A stretch of DNA of 64,000 nucleotides. Source: an uncultured Candidatus Bathyarchaeia archaeon (GTDB lineage: Archaea > Thermoproteota > Bathyarchaeia > RBG-16-48-13 > CAYPFQ01). Below are positions 9,801 to 19,318 of this stretch, piece by piece. The notes under the pieces are model-generated. The model made no database searches. It saw nothing but the letters and a program-made list of their open reading frames with translations, and had not been told where the DNA came from. Every line of letters starts with the position of its first letter. Positions within the stretch are counted from its first letter, which is position 1. Where the stretch lies: positions 7,793 through 71,792 of the forward strand of contig CAYYPV010000015.1 in NCBI GenBank assembly GCA_964473665.1, in the 5' to 3' direction. The position numbers and the translations under genes were made by a program.

Positions 9801-10539
9801 CATGCTTTCCAGTTCTCGTGAAGACATATTTTCCCAAATCTTTTCCGTCATAATGATAAATCCCCGGATGCTCCCACCACTGAAATCTATCCATAAAAAT
9901 TCTGTCGCCTGCAGTAGTCTCTCTCCTATTAATATGCTGACTCATTTCGTAAAGCGTGCTATGCAATTGTTCTCTAGTGGTTATCGCCCCGGCATCGTAA
10001 AGTTCACGCGGTGTCGTCTTAAACGCTAAACAGACGGCTTCAACATCGTCAACATCAAGTTTTCCTTTCCCCGCCTTTAAGTTGAAGTTCTCAACAATCT
10101 GCCGAGTAATGCTCTTGCCCTCCATCTTCTTTTCTTCGATGTAACATTCGCGGAGAGTTTTGTTCATCTTTGATTTGACTAGTCTCTCGAGACCTTCCAT
10201 TCTCTCCTTTAGAGTTAAACTTCTGGCGCCGCCGAACGGAACAACTCTGTCAAGCTGCCTGTACACGTTTAGGTATTCCTCAGTGTCCTCGCCGTATTTT
10301 TCTCCAGCCGTGAGAAATTCGCATCTAATTAGCCCATCTCCGCCTTCGCCCCAAACACCGTAATCCTTAGGCTTATCGTCCTTCGCCTCCTCCTGTGCGG
10401 TTATGTGATTTAGGTGTGGGCGTTCGTAGACTTCTCCGCGTTGCCGACGTTCCTTGATCTCTCTAAGTTCTCTCTGCCTCTCACTCTCCTTCGGTCGGCC
10501 TGCCGAGCCTTCTCCTTCGCTTAAATTCTCATCAACCAA
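6817..10539 (-). CDS. Very large (1240 aa) hypothetical protein with no recognisable catalytic motif; weak tandem LAGLIDADG-like motifs at the C-terminus
   Basis: Uninterrupted 3.7-kb ORF with a charged/coiled-coil middle region and no P-loop. C-terminal ...FHVEVDGG... and ...SAGLCGFIDAKGYV... are about 90 aa apart. Slightly higher GC than neighbouring genes. Confidence 0.7.
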   Translation of the reverse strand: MVDENLSEGEGSAGRPKESERQRELREIKERRQRGEVYERPHLNHITAQEEAKDDKPKDYGVWGEGGDGLIRCEFLTAGEKYGEDTEEYLNVYRQLDRVVPFGGARSLTLKERMEGLERLVKSKMNKTLRECYIEEKKMEGKSITRQIVENFNLKAGKGKLDVDDVEAVCLAFKTTPRELYDAGAITTREQLHSTLYEMSQHINRRETTAGDRIFMDRFQWWEHPGIYHYDGKDLGKYVFTRTGKHAEDLVKTNEERKIVKTVLKSRSANSETLKWFCDRVGLAPTDLETQKIFDKCENLPIEGSRDKKGIWREGFRKIADCVKNKGIFVSRQFPDGESRLYYLTRDVDSACEFSEALKHHKVDFTSYSHGDMNVVRCNKPLQSRRVYSLMQRAYGYHLRESKFSHTPAPEAEFVNLKLHDVTDVLPLVNDELESKSIKEGETVPINRLGMSDLISVFINQEEGNIALSKRLVDEFGYGCPRPMYLHKRNSRIYSVYGFGFEEINDVAGMGDAPVIGKGIYREPEVSLSSRLSGIKDKIFRRKVEAAGSDRRREEAAEDAANLKVEIDEAEVKSGADVAVEKFYEKNPAAREAVQMNLEKREEDEEKLEVNRQANQLFDEVKKEKGRMSLDDCGKLVEFCGQQGFDLNMVKRGLSYQKNVESLSFMKKNRSALERLTVKAHRVEEDADVKRKADMIMQNVKDAHGSMTMLEVLILAKTCRREGIDVQEIDGQASYYDNKVKLREHFMVTKKTFEVSELDTVRMQNEWLAEENAQKENELTALKSRNKPYENTEKVEKESPNYFKMVQENLERSYDSAETPKERKKISTEKEVKHRTEEKQVQAEAVNFSKANNAKVKGAIESKYASRMIPYNALVKNPLRFGDGIITVKGDGVYVSKRIIEISNKEISKLYGDMQNWVLDGKTFLPDSPEKMTDESFTKFNVMLQAFIGEGNFSVADMGKPVNLTPEQVKEMIVDEKLRMKVEKKGNDPLHDRLGHIREGDAFEDAYLQFFSYAFHVEVDGGKVKVSTRVYRPEHLEVVRELLEGKSYSFEVKPVEQQNNYGGNNYFNVATVLMDSSYSLFRDKPQRIDDRMSDECFSAGLCGFIDAKGYVKAIVRNDKVVPEVSVKSEHSFLLNQIAIRLDKQMDVKSKVLSEGYAYRLIVDGADAEKLCSKLTGLRNIQNVKWRDRILSKDLSKESVITINREYSEGIESYLADVKYRYEALQRGETSIEPRREDKLH

Positions 10540-10825
10540 ACCCTACATCCCTCTTCTCGTTTTTGCGTCTACATTTTTCAGGAACTTCAACGACCTTCAG
10601 TAAAAGTTACATAACGGAACTTCAATCAGAAATGGAGCAAGTTAACATTTTATTCTCACCTTCGCCTAACTCATCAAGTTACATACCACTTGATAATCGT
10701 AAAGCCCACTGTAATTCAAAGTATCACCTGAGCAAACTGTTTAAGCTTTGTGAAGTAGGGGGGACGAAATGATTTCAAATGTATCTAATAGAAAGAGAGT
10801 ATTAATGCGGTAATCTTTTAAAAGA

Positions 10826-11275
10826 ATGAAAATTTATTTCACACGTATGGCTAAAGGATTTGTTGCAAAAGCTTCAATTTCGGTAAATGCTCCAATTGCT
10901 AGGGTATGGGAGTCCTTAGTTAATCCGGGAATAATTAAGCAGTATATGTTTGGAACGGATGTGGTTTCGGACTGGCAGGAGGGTGGCTCAATTGTTTGGA
11001 GGGGTGAGTGGCAGGGAAAGAAGTACGAGGATAAGGGTGTAATTCTACATCTTAAGCCTATGCGTTTGATTCAATATAGTCACTTCAGTCCGCTTTCGGG
11101 GCTTCCTGACAGGCCTGAGAATTATCACTCTGTAACAATTGTGCTGTCAGAAAAAGGAGATTCCACTCTTATTTCGTTATCTCAAGACAATAATAATACT
11201 GAAGAAGCAAAGAAGCATTCTGAACAAAATTGGGCACTAATGCTTGAGAGTTTAAAGGAGTTATTAGAAAAGTGA
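10826..11275 (+). CDS. SRPBCC/Aha1-domain protein (paralogous family to 2523-2936)
   Basis: Aha1-like fold motifs (IARVWESLVNP...GGSIVWRGEWQGK). Confidence 0.55.
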   Translation: MKIYFTRMAKGFVAKASISVNAPIARVWESLVNPGIIKQYMFGTDVVSDWQEGGSIVWRGEWQGKKYEDKGVILHLKPMRLIQYSHFSPLSGLPDRPENYHSVTIVLSEKGDSTLISLSQDNNNTEEAKKHSEQNWALMLESLKELLEK

Positions 11276-11440
11276 ATCTTATGAGGTTGAAAGAAATCGC
11301 AAAGCCGACATGTTCGTAATGAGAACGTTAGCCTATAAAGATAAAAACAAGAGTTAGAAATGCTTAAAGTCAGAAACTATAAAAAAGGTTCTTTCTAACT
11401 AAGTTTTCCAAGAAATCTATGCAAGAAAGGATGCAGTATC

Positions 11441-13558
11441 ATGAAAGGTGAAAAATCTACACTCATCGTAGCGGAAAAGCCTGATGCAGCTTTAAGGATT
11501 GCGGAAGCTTTGGATGATAAAGGTAAACCGAAAAAGAAGTTGGAGAAAAAAGTTCCCTTCTTTGAAGCGGAAAGGGATGGTGAAAAAATTGTTGTTGTTC
11601 CAGCGTTGGGTCATCTTTATACAGTAACTCAGGAGATGGGTAGGCGTAATTTTTACCCGGTTTTCAATTATAAGTGGGCACCGAGGCATGTTGCTGAAAA
11701 GGGTGCAAAACAAGTTGAGAAATGGATCGGGGTCATCGCGGATTTGACTAATAACATAGATGACTTTGTAAATGCTTGTGATTATGATATTGAAGGCAGT
11801 TTAATCGGCTATATGATTTTGAAATATGCGTGTAATAATAGTGAAGGTAAATCTAAGCGCATGAAATATTCAACTTTAATGAAACGGGAACTTGAACAAG
11901 CTTATCAAAATCTTATGCCGCATTTAGATTTTTCTTTAGTTGAGGCGGGACGTGCACGGCATGAAGTTGATTGGCTTTATGGAGTAAACCTGTCTCGTGC
12001 ATTAACAATAGCTGCTGCTAATTGGAGTAAATGGTACAGCACGTTAAGCACTGGAAGGGTTCAGGGTCCTACGCTTAGATTTTTGGTCGATCGGGAAAAA
12101 GAAATCCAAAGCTATGTGCCGATTCCATACTGGAGTATAAAGACGATTGTCGAAATTAATGGATCGCCGTACGAAGTTGAGTTTGAAAAAGAGAAAATTG
12201 ACGTAAAAAGAGAGGCGGACGCGGTTGTTAAAAAATGCGCTGGGAAAAATGGCGTAATAAAGGATATTAGCCTTAAGGAATTTAGACAGATGCCCCCAAT
12301 ACCGTTCGACATTGGAGGATTGCAGGCTGAAGCATACCGGTTATTCGGATTTACGCCGAGTCGAACTTTAAGGATTGCTGAGAGACTTTATCTTGAGGCT
12401 ATGATTTCATATCCAAGAACCAGCAGCCAGAAACTTCCTCCAATAATAAATTATAATGAAATACTAACATCACTACACAAAAGAGAAGAGTATAGAAAAC
12501 TTGCTTCAGAATTGCTTGCCAAAAAAACTTTACAGCCTAACGAGGGAAAGAAGGAGGACCCAGCTCATCCAGCGGTTTACCCCACTGGCCTTATAGCAGA
12601 GCGGCCGTTAGACGAGAGTGAACATAAGTTATATGATTTGATTGTTAGGCGATTTATGGCTGTTTTTGGAGAACCTGCGTTAAAACAAACAATGAATGTT
12701 GCTATTGATGTTGCTGGTTACTTGTTTCACCTTTACGGTAGGAGAGTCCTGGAAAGCGGCTGGTTGAAATTCTATGAACAGCTTGTTAAGAGTGATGAAG
12801 TTTTATTGCCGCCTCTTGAAGTTGGCCAAAAGATTCCGTTAAAAGAAGTGGCTAGTGAGGATAAGTTTGTGAATCCGCCGCCGCGTTACAACCCAAGTAG
12901 TCTACTTAAGTTAATGGAGGAGCAGTCAATTGGAACTAAAGCTACTCGCTCTGAAATCATTGATACTTTGTATGATCGGAACTACATTCAAGATGAAAGA
13001 ATGTTGGTTACGGATCTTGGTTTTTACGTTATTGATACTCTAGAGAGGTATTGCCCAGATGTAGTTTCTGTCGAGCTTACTCGTGAGCTTGAAGAGAGGA
13101 TGGAAAAAATAGAGGTTGGAAAAGAGTTTCGTGATGTTGTGTTAGACGACGCTATTACTAGGTTAAAGCCTATTCTTGGTGAATTTAAGCTGAAGGAGAA
13201 GGAGATAGGTAAAGAGTTAAGTGAAGCTATTAGAAAGGCGCGTGCTCAAGAGAGGACTGTTGGACCCTGCCCTATATGTGGAACAGGAAATTTGATCATC
13301 TTGCGTTCGCGAAAAACTGGAAAACAGTTCATCGGTTGCTCTAATTATTTCAATAAACTGTGTAAAGCAGGATTTCCATTACCGCAAAGAGCTACTGTGA
13401 AACCTCTAAGGAGAAATTGTTCGTCATGCCAGTGGCCTATGGTTCATGTCAGAATCTTTGGGGGACGCCGACCTTGGAATTTATGTTTTAATCCTAACTG
13501 TCCATCAAGGAAGGAGCGAGCAGCTAATGCAGTGCAAAATATGCAATCGAAACAGTGA
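11441..13558 (+). CDS. topA: DNA topoisomerase I (type IA) with C-terminal zinc ribbons
   Basis: Toprim N-terminus (LIVAEKPDAA), topo IA core motifs, C-terminal CxxC zinc ribbons. 705 aa. Confidence 0.9.
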   Translation: MKGEKSTLIVAEKPDAALRIAEALDDKGKPKKKLEKKVPFFEAERDGEKIVVVPALGHLYTVTQEMGRRNFYPVFNYKWAPRHVAEKGAKQVEKWIGVIADLTNNIDDFVNACDYDIEGSLIGYMILKYACNNSEGKSKRMKYSTLMKRELEQAYQNLMPHLDFSLVEAGRARHEVDWLYGVNLSRALTIAAANWSKWYSTLSTGRVQGPTLRFLVDREKEIQSYVPIPYWSIKTIVEINGSPYEVEFEKEKIDVKREADAVVKKCAGKNGVIKDISLKEFRQMPPIPFDIGGLQAEAYRLFGFTPSRTLRIAERLYLEAMISYPRTSSQKLPPIINYNEILTSLHKREEYRKLASELLAKKTLQPNEGKKEDPAHPAVYPTGLIAERPLDESEHKLYDLIVRRFMAVFGEPALKQTMNVAIDVAGYLFHLYGRRVLESGWLKFYEQLVKSDEVLLPPLEVGQKIPLKEVASEDKFVNPPPRYNPSSLLKLMEEQSIGTKATRSEIIDTLYDRNYIQDERMLVTDLGFYVIDTLERYCPDVVSVELTRELEERMEKIEVGKEFRDVVLDDAITRLKPILGEFKLKEKEIGKELSEAIRKARAQERTVGPCPICGTGNLIILRSRKTGKQFIGCSNYFNKLCKAGFPLPQRATVKPLRRNCSSCQWPMVHVRIFGGRRPWNLCFNPNCPSRKERAANAVQNMQSKQ

Positions 13559-13748
13559 CGATAATGAATTTTGTGGATTACATAAGAAAGCGCATGAGAA
13601 TCTTATCCGTGGATATGAGAGCTGGGTAAATGCGATGGAGATTCCTTGGGAGAATTATTTGAGTGATGTTGCGAAAAACCCAAGTACTGGCCTGTGGGTA
13701 AAGGAGGTAGCGGAGTATCTCCAAAAGAAGGAGACGAGCCATAAATGA
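13527..13748 (+). CDS. Small zinc-ribbon protein (internal ATG of ORF 13446-13748)
   Basis: MQCKICNRNSDDNEFCGLH. Overlaps the topA 3' end by about 30 nt in another frame. Confidence 0.4.
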   Translation: MQCKICNRNSDDNEFCGLHKKAHENLIRGYESWVNAMEIPWENYLSDVAKNPSTGLWVKEVAEYLQKKETSHK

Positions 13749-14179
13749 ATTTCGCGGATTGGATCAGGCGTAGAGAAATTTATAGAAAATTAAAGCTAAT
13801 CCGTCTTCCACATGTACGTGGAGTAAAGGCGCCTACAATTATCGTTTTTTTGGCTTTAGTTGTGATAGCAATCTTCTTTTTGAGCGGTGGAATTTATAAC
13901 TATGTTGAATTTACTGCGGGCATGCTTTTCTTTGTTACGCAGTATGGTAACCAATCGGTATTTTATTACCCAAAAGACATTTCTGCACAACTTCTTGGAG
14001 AAAGCTTGCTGGCGATGTTATTTTACGGGGTTGGAATGGTCGGGTGTTATGTTGCTTTTTTGAGCACAAGATATGCGTATAGACGTAGACAAGCTTGGAT
14101 TTTGCTCTCTTTAGGAATAACTATGATAGTGATGGCTTACTTCGGCTTTCAAATACTTTTTAATCTGAAGATGGGCTAG
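13745..14179 (+). CDS. Integral membrane protein (3-4 TM helices), unknown function
   Basis: Hydrophobic segments. ATGA overlap with the upstream small ORF. Confidence 0.5.
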   Translation: MNFADWIRRREIYRKLKLIRLPHVRGVKAPTIIVFLALVVIAIFFLSGGIYNYVEFTAGMLFFVTQYGNQSVFYYPKDISAQLLGESLLAMLFYGVGMVGCYVAFLSTRYAYRRRQAWILLSLGITMIVMAYFGFQILFNLKMG

Positions 14180-14180
14180 A

Positions 14181-14690
14181 TTACCAAGGTTTATCCTTTA
14201 TTTTCAGTAGAAATGCGAGAATGTTGGTTAATACGTGAAGAAATGGCGTAATAATAACTATAAAAATAACTGTTTCAATTTTTGGCGACATTATTATTGA
14301 TGCAAAAAGAAAGGCACCGACTACAAAGTCAAGTTGATCAAGGGGTGGGAGGGGGGCGCCAGGGGCAATGTTTAGTCGTCTTTTGATAAAAGCCCCAGTT
14401 AAATCGCCGATTAATGCACCTAATGTTAGAAGTAGGCCGATTGTCAAAGAAGTGCCTGCTGTTGGTAGTGATATTATTTTTTGAATAATAGTTACAATAA
14501 GTCCAACTATAATACCTGAAACGAAGCCGCGTATTGTTTTATGGGCTCCAAATATTGGTTTTCCGTCAATAAAGTTACGATTGAAGTCAATAGGCTTTTT
14601 TCCTCTAAAGACAGTTGGCGCTGCATTTGCAAAGTATGCTGGCAAAATGTAGTAGATAGCATTTGCAAAGGCGAGTAGACTTAGGTCCAC
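14181..14690 (-). CDS. carS: CDP-archaeol synthase (CarS, DUF46 family)
   Basis: N-terminal AIYYILPAYFANAAP plus KTIRGF motif, polytopic, 169 aa. Characteristic of archaeal CarS. Confidence 0.75.
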   Translation of the reverse strand: MDLSLLAFANAIYYILPAYFANAAPTVFRGKKPIDFNRNFIDGKPIFGAHKTIRGFVSGIIVGLIVTIIQKIISLPTAGTSLTIGLLLTLGALIGDLTGAFIKRRLNIAPGAPLPPLDQLDFVVGAFLFASIIMSPKIETVIFIVIITPFLHVLTNILAFLLKIKDKPW

Positions 14691-14716
14691 TTTTTACACC
14701 TTAGATTTTATGTTTA

Positions 14717-15424
14717 TTATCCCAGATCATTAATTCCAGTTTCAGTTAATTTGAAGTAACATCGAGCGCGCGGATGATTCATTCCTAAAAATTTTTCGAG
14801 TGCAGCTTCCCGAACATCTGTTCTTTGAGTTTTTTCCAAGTGCACAATTACTTTCGACCAGAATTTAAGAACACGTTCAGCTACAGGTTCAATATCTGGC
14901 TTTTGATCTTTACCAAAGACATTGTAAACCTGGCTAGTCAGTATTACTGCAATTTTTTTTTCACCGACGATTTGAGCAAGATAGGCTAGTTGACGATTTA
15001 ACTCTCTATTCAATGCAAATGTTTCTTCCATTGAACCTAATTCAACTCGGTATAAAGATGAAATCGTATCGATAATAACCACAACAACATTTGGTGTAAA
15101 ATAATTATCAAGATTTTCGATTAGATGGATTTGTTCCTTAAAATTTTTGGGAGAAAAAATTACAATATTTGGTGAGATTTTTTCGGTATATTGATGCGCT
15201 ATTTGAGACAGCCGTATTGAAGTGAACGCATTATCTGAATCAATGAATATCGCCTTAAATCCCTTTTTTGCGACGTTTACTGCGCATTGAATTGCAATTG
15301 TTGTTTTCCCAGTGTCTGCCTCGCCATATATCAGTGAAATATTTCCAGTTGGAAAGCCTGTTCTTAGCATTCGATCAAATGAATAGCAACCAGTAGATAT
15401 AGCTTCGATTGATTGGGCGCTCAA
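14717..15424 (-). CDS. RecA-superfamily ATPase, RadB/KaiC-like
   Basis: Walker A GEADTGKTTIA, FIDSDNAF, Walker B-like VVVIIDTISSLY. 235 aa. Confidence 0.65.
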   Translation of the reverse strand: MSAQSIEAISTGCYSFDRMLRTGFPTGNISLIYGEADTGKTTIAIQCAVNVAKKGFKAIFIDSDNAFTSIRLSQIAHQYTEKISPNIVIFSPKNFKEQIHLIENLDNYFTPNVVVVIIDTISSLYRVELGSMEETFALNRELNRQLAYLAQIVGEKKIAVILTSQVYNVFGKDQKPDIEPVAERVLKFWSKVIVHLEKTQRTDVREAALEKFLGMNHPRARCYFKLTETGINDLG

Positions 15425-15490
15425 TTAACATCGACCAAAAAAAGCCAATATACGTTCCTTGATTAATAGTTTCACTACGATTCTAAGAGA

Positions 15491-16120
15491 TTGTTATCTA
15501 TGAGTGCACAGATTGCTGTTGCCACTTTGTCTGGGAAAGCGTATTATGCTATTGTTAACGAGTTAAAGAAAAGGAAGATCCCATTTCTCAGTTTAAAGCC
15601 TGGCGATACCGTTCCGGTGCACGTTAAGGTAATTATTACAACGGCGGCTGAAGAGAGTGAAATAAAATATCCACGTATTCTAACTTGTGATGCAAATAAG
15701 AATGTGGAAAAAATTATTGATAAGGCTCTGCAAATTATCTCTGGAAAAGCTGCTTACAAAAGGGTGGTTATAGGAATCGACCCAGGAAAAACATTTGGAT
15801 TTGCGCTGCTGGCTGATGAAAGAGTTTTGAAAATGTCAAGTTACACGACTGTTCCAGATACGGTTGTTGGTGTACTAGAGGCTTTAGAAGATTTACATGC
15901 TACAAAAAAGATAGTTAGAGTGGGAGATGGCGCGGATCCTTATAGGCTTAGATTGATACAGGCACTTAGTAAAAAGTTGCCAACGGAGGTATCGTTGGAA
16001 ACTGTAAGTGAGAAAGAGACAACCAGAATTGCAAAAGGGTTTATGCCCCGCCGTAAAACGTTACTGGATGCGGCTTCAGCAATCGGTATAGCCTCAAGAA
16101 GTGGACGTAGAATTAGGTAG
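15491..16120 (+). CDS. RNase H-fold nuclease, putative (YqgF/RuvC-like)
   Basis: VIGIDPGKTFGFALL motif typical of RuvC/YqgF-like resolvase fold. Confidence 0.4.
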   Translation: MLSMSAQIAVATLSGKAYYAIVNELKKRKIPFLSLKPGDTVPVHVKVIITTAAEESEIKYPRILTCDANKNVEKIIDKALQIISGKAAYKRVVIGIDPGKTFGFALLADERVLKMSSYTTVPDTVVGVLEALEDLHATKKIVRVGDGADPYRLRLIQALSKKLPTEVSLETVSEKETTRIAKGFMPRRKTLLDAASAIGIASRSGRRIR

Positions 16121-16121
16121 C

Positions 16122-16826
16122 CTACTGACCATAGTAAAGTCTTTCAGCAAGTATTGAAGGCAAACCGGCAGCAAGTATTTCGTCAGCAGTTTTGTCTATA
16201 TTGTATTTAACTCGATAATGTTCGAAATGAAGAATTCCATTTTTTTCTGAAATTATTGCGTAGCTTGCGCCGGGATCCAGGTCTCTAGGTTGTCCGACTC
16301 CGCCCGGATTGAGAATGTATCTGCCTCTAAGTTTAGATTTAAATAACATTGGAATGTGCGTATGTCCTAAAAGTAGTACATTTGAACTTGTCCTCTTAAG
16401 AAGTTCAATAAGAAAATTCTCGTCAGTATTTGGAAAAATGTAATCGTTGAGGGGGTCTAATGGGCTTCCATGAACAAGGAGGAATGTATTTTTATCGACT
16501 CGAAAATTGGCGGTTAACGGGAGTTTATTTAAGAATTTTTTATTCTCATCTGATAGATGTTTATGCGTCCAATGCACAGCAACTGCAGCGTATGGATTAA
16601 GGCCTGACGTATTATCGGTTAGTGAAGCATAGTCATGGTTTCCCATGACTGAAATCATTTTTAGTTCATCAGCTGTTTTGATTACTTCGTTTGGTTTTGC
16701 GCCGTAACCTACGAAATCGCCCAGGGACAGTATTTTATCTACCTTGCCTATTGCAGTAATAACTGCGTTGAATGCTTCAAGATTAGCGTGTATGTCTGAA
16801 ATCACAGCTATTTTCAATTTATTCAC
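16122..16826 (-). CDS. Calcineurin-like metallophosphoesterase
   Basis: DIHAN...GDFVGYG...GNHD...GHTH motifs. Confidence 0.8.
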   Translation of the reverse strand: MNKLKIAVISDIHANLEAFNAVITAIGKVDKILSLGDFVGYGAKPNEVIKTADELKMISVMGNHDYASLTDNTSGLNPYAAVAVHWTHKHLSDENKKFLNKLPLTANFRVDKNTFLLVHGSPLDPLNDYIFPNTDENFLIELLKRTSSNVLLLGHTHIPMLFKSKLRGRYILNPGGVGQPRDLDPGASYAIISEKNGILHFEHYRVKYNIDKTADEILAAGLPSILAERLYYGQ

Positions 16827-17059
16827 GCATCATTTAAACATGAGTTGGATAACTTGGGTTTTTTGTAAATCAAAAAATACTATGAACTATTTGCGCGCTC
16901 TGTATCTTTATAGGTTATAGTTTTCAGCTTCGAATCGTGAGGGTATTTCGTTATTTGTCGAATTTCCTTTATCCAAGTTATTAGCGTAGTAAACTTTGGA
17001 AAAAACTAGATTTATGTATGCATTAGTGAATTTAAGGCATTAAACAGTGGGTATGCCGC

Positions 17060-17416
17060 TTGAAACGCACTAAAATATACATCGAAGAAGTTAAAGAGGG
17101 GGATAAAAAGTTCTCCTTAACTCTATTTGAAGTTGAAAACGCTACGTTAGCCTTTTTTAATGAGGAGGATGTTATGCGGATGGGCACCCTTTCCGTAGCA
17201 ATGCCTTCAATTGAAGGTGAGCCGCCGATCATATCTTCAATACTATTAGGGGACAAAAATACTGCAACAACGCGTATACTTGCGGAAATGTTAGCTAAAT
17301 CGTATGGAAAGATGGCGCTAGTTTCCACCTCTATTAGGACAGTTGATGAGGCTGAAGCTGGACTGGTTTTAATGAAACTAACCAAAAAATTTCTTGTAAA
17401 GAGAGAAAAAAAATGA
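17060..17416 (+). CDS. Hypothetical 118-aa protein, translationally coupled (ATGA) to ubiX
   Basis: ORF ends 4 nt into the ubiX start. No recognisable motif. Confidence 0.45.
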   Translation: MKRTKIYIEEVKEGDKKFSLTLFEVENATLAFFNEEDVMRMGTLSVAMPSIEGEPPIISSILLGDKNTATTRILAEMLAKSYGKMALVSTSIRTVDEAEAGLVLMKLTKKFLVKREKK

Positions 17417-17973
17417 GGGTCGTCGTAGGAATAACGGGCGCTAGTGGAATCGTATACGGTGTACGTTTACTTGAGGTATTAAAGGCCAAAGGTATTGAAA
17501 CACATCTTGTACTCTCAAACAATGCTGAGAAGATTGCAAAAAATGAACTTGATTTAACGCGAAAACAAATAGAGCGTCTTGCTAACTACTCCTATGGGCT
17601 TGATGATTTGGAGTCCCCTATTTCAAGCGGATCTTTCCTAGTAGATGCGGTTATAATTGTTCCTTGCAGCATGAAAACATTGGCTGCAATAGCTAACGGT
17701 TACGCTGATAACCTGATCAGTAGATCTGCTGACTGTGCATTGAAGGAGGGAAAACCCCTAATTTTAGTTATCAGGGAAACCCCGCTTAACGTAATACATT
17801 TAAGAAATCTTATGACAGCTGCGGAGTGTGGTGCAATAATATTGCCGGCTATGCCTGCATTTTACCATAAGCCTAAGTCGGTTAATGATGTAGTAGATTT
17901 TGTGGTTGGGAAAATTTTGGATAGAGTTGGAATTAAACATAATTTATACAAAAGGTGGAAGGACGTTGCCTGA
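17413..17973 (+). CDS. ubiX: Flavin prenyltransferase UbiX (prenyl-FMN synthase)
   Basis: MRVVVGITGASG... flavoprotein motif. 186 aa. Confidence 0.9.
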   Translation: MRVVVGITGASGIVYGVRLLEVLKAKGIETHLVLSNNAEKIAKNELDLTRKQIERLANYSYGLDDLESPISSGSFLVDAVIIVPCSMKTLAAIANGYADNLISRSADCALKEGKPLILVIRETPLNVIHLRNLMTAAECGAIILPAMPAFYHKPKSVNDVVDFVVGKILDRVGIKHNLYKRWKDVA

Positions 17974-19318
17974 TCTAAGAAGTTTTCTAAAAGAATTGGA
18001 GCAGACGAGAGACATCATTAAAATAAAGGATCCAGTTTCAATTAGGTTTGAAGCGGCAGCTATTATGAAGGGGTTCGACTGTGGGCCCGCCATTTTTTTT
18101 GAGAAGATAAAGGAAAGCGATACTCCTATTGTTGCCAACATTTGTGGAACAAGAGCAAGGATTTGCAGATCATTAGGAGTTGGCGGAGATGGACTTTATC
18201 AGAAGATTATGGATTCGCCGATGCATCCGCTTCGTCCAGTTGTTGTTAAGGACTGTCCAGTAAAAGAGGTTGTTGAGGAACCTAAGTTAACTAAGATGCC
18301 GATTTTATCTCACTATGAAAAAGATGCTGGACCGTACATAACTTCTGCAGCCGTTTCAGCCAGAAGCCCGGATGGGAAGATAGAAAATGTCTCAATCCAT
18401 AGACTACTTGTATTGGATGACAATCATCTGGCGATTAGGATTGTACCTAGACATCTCTATAAATTGTATCAGATGTCGAAGAAGTGTGGGAAACCATTAG
18501 ATGTTGCAATTGCTATCGGATTACACCCGACTGTCTCTTTGGCTGCTGCTTTACAGGCACCGTTTGGCGTAAGCGAATATGATCTTGCAAACACGCTCCA
18601 AAATGGAGGATTAAAGCTCACAAAATGTGAACATGTAAATGCCTATGCGCCTGCTGACGCTGAGATTGTCCTTGAAGGACGAATTAGTGAGGAGGATGAA
18701 GCTGTTGAAGGCCCATTCACCGATTTGTTAGGAGTGTATGATATTGAAAGGAAACAGCCTATAGTTGAAGTTGTTGGAGTCATGCGGCGAAATAGGTACA
18801 TATATCAAGCGCTTTTGCCTGCTGGTTCGGAACATATGTTGCTAATGGGGCTTGGAAGAGAGGTTAAGATTTGGGATGCTGTAAGGAATGTTACACCTTT
18901 TGTTAAAGGCGTTAATCTAACTCCTGGCGGATGTGGTTGGCTTCACGCCGTTATTTCGATTGAGAAGCAGAATGAGGGTGATGGAAAAAACGCCTTGATG
19001 GCGGCTTTTGCAGCTCACACAAGCTTGAAACATGCTGTAGTTGTTGATACTGATATTGATGTTTTCAATCCTTATGAGGTCGAGTGGGCGATTGCGACCC
19101 GTTTTCACGGTGATGAAGACTTACTGGTCATTAGGAATGTTCGTGGATCCAGCATGGATCCAGCAAGTGATCAGGAGCATGAGTTAATAACGAAAATAGG
19201 TGTTGATGCTACAAGGCCCTTGTATAAGTCTTCTAAGAATTTTGAGAGGGCTAGAGTCCTTGAAAACAAGAATGTTAAGAGGATTTTGAAGAAAAACGCC
19301 CGAAAGTTGGTTTCATAG
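17966..19318 (+). CDS. UbiD-family decarboxylase, probably anhydromevalonate-phosphate decarboxylase (AMPD); TTG start inferred
   Basis: UbiD-family conservation throughout (N-terminal LRSFLKELE...). ORF is open from 17900, which would overlap ubiX. Confidence 0.8.
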   Translation: MPDLRSFLKELEQTRDIIKIKDPVSIRFEAAAIMKGFDCGPAIFFEKIKESDTPIVANICGTRARICRSLGVGGDGLYQKIMDSPMHPLRPVVVKDCPVKEVVEEPKLTKMPILSHYEKDAGPYITSAAVSARSPDGKIENVSIHRLLVLDDNHLAIRIVPRHLYKLYQMSKKCGKPLDVAIAIGLHPTVSLAAALQAPFGVSEYDLANTLQNGGLKLTKCEHVNAYAPADAEIVLEGRISEEDEAVEGPFTDLLGVYDIERKQPIVEVVGVMRRNRYIYQALLPAGSEHMLLMGLGREVKIWDAVRNVTPFVKGVNLTPGGCGWLHAVISIEKQNEGDGKNALMAAFAAHTSLKHAVVVDTDIDVFNPYEVEWAIATRFHGDEDLLVIRNVRGSSMDPASDQEHELITKIGVDATRPLYKSSKNFERARVLENKNVKRILKKNARKLVS

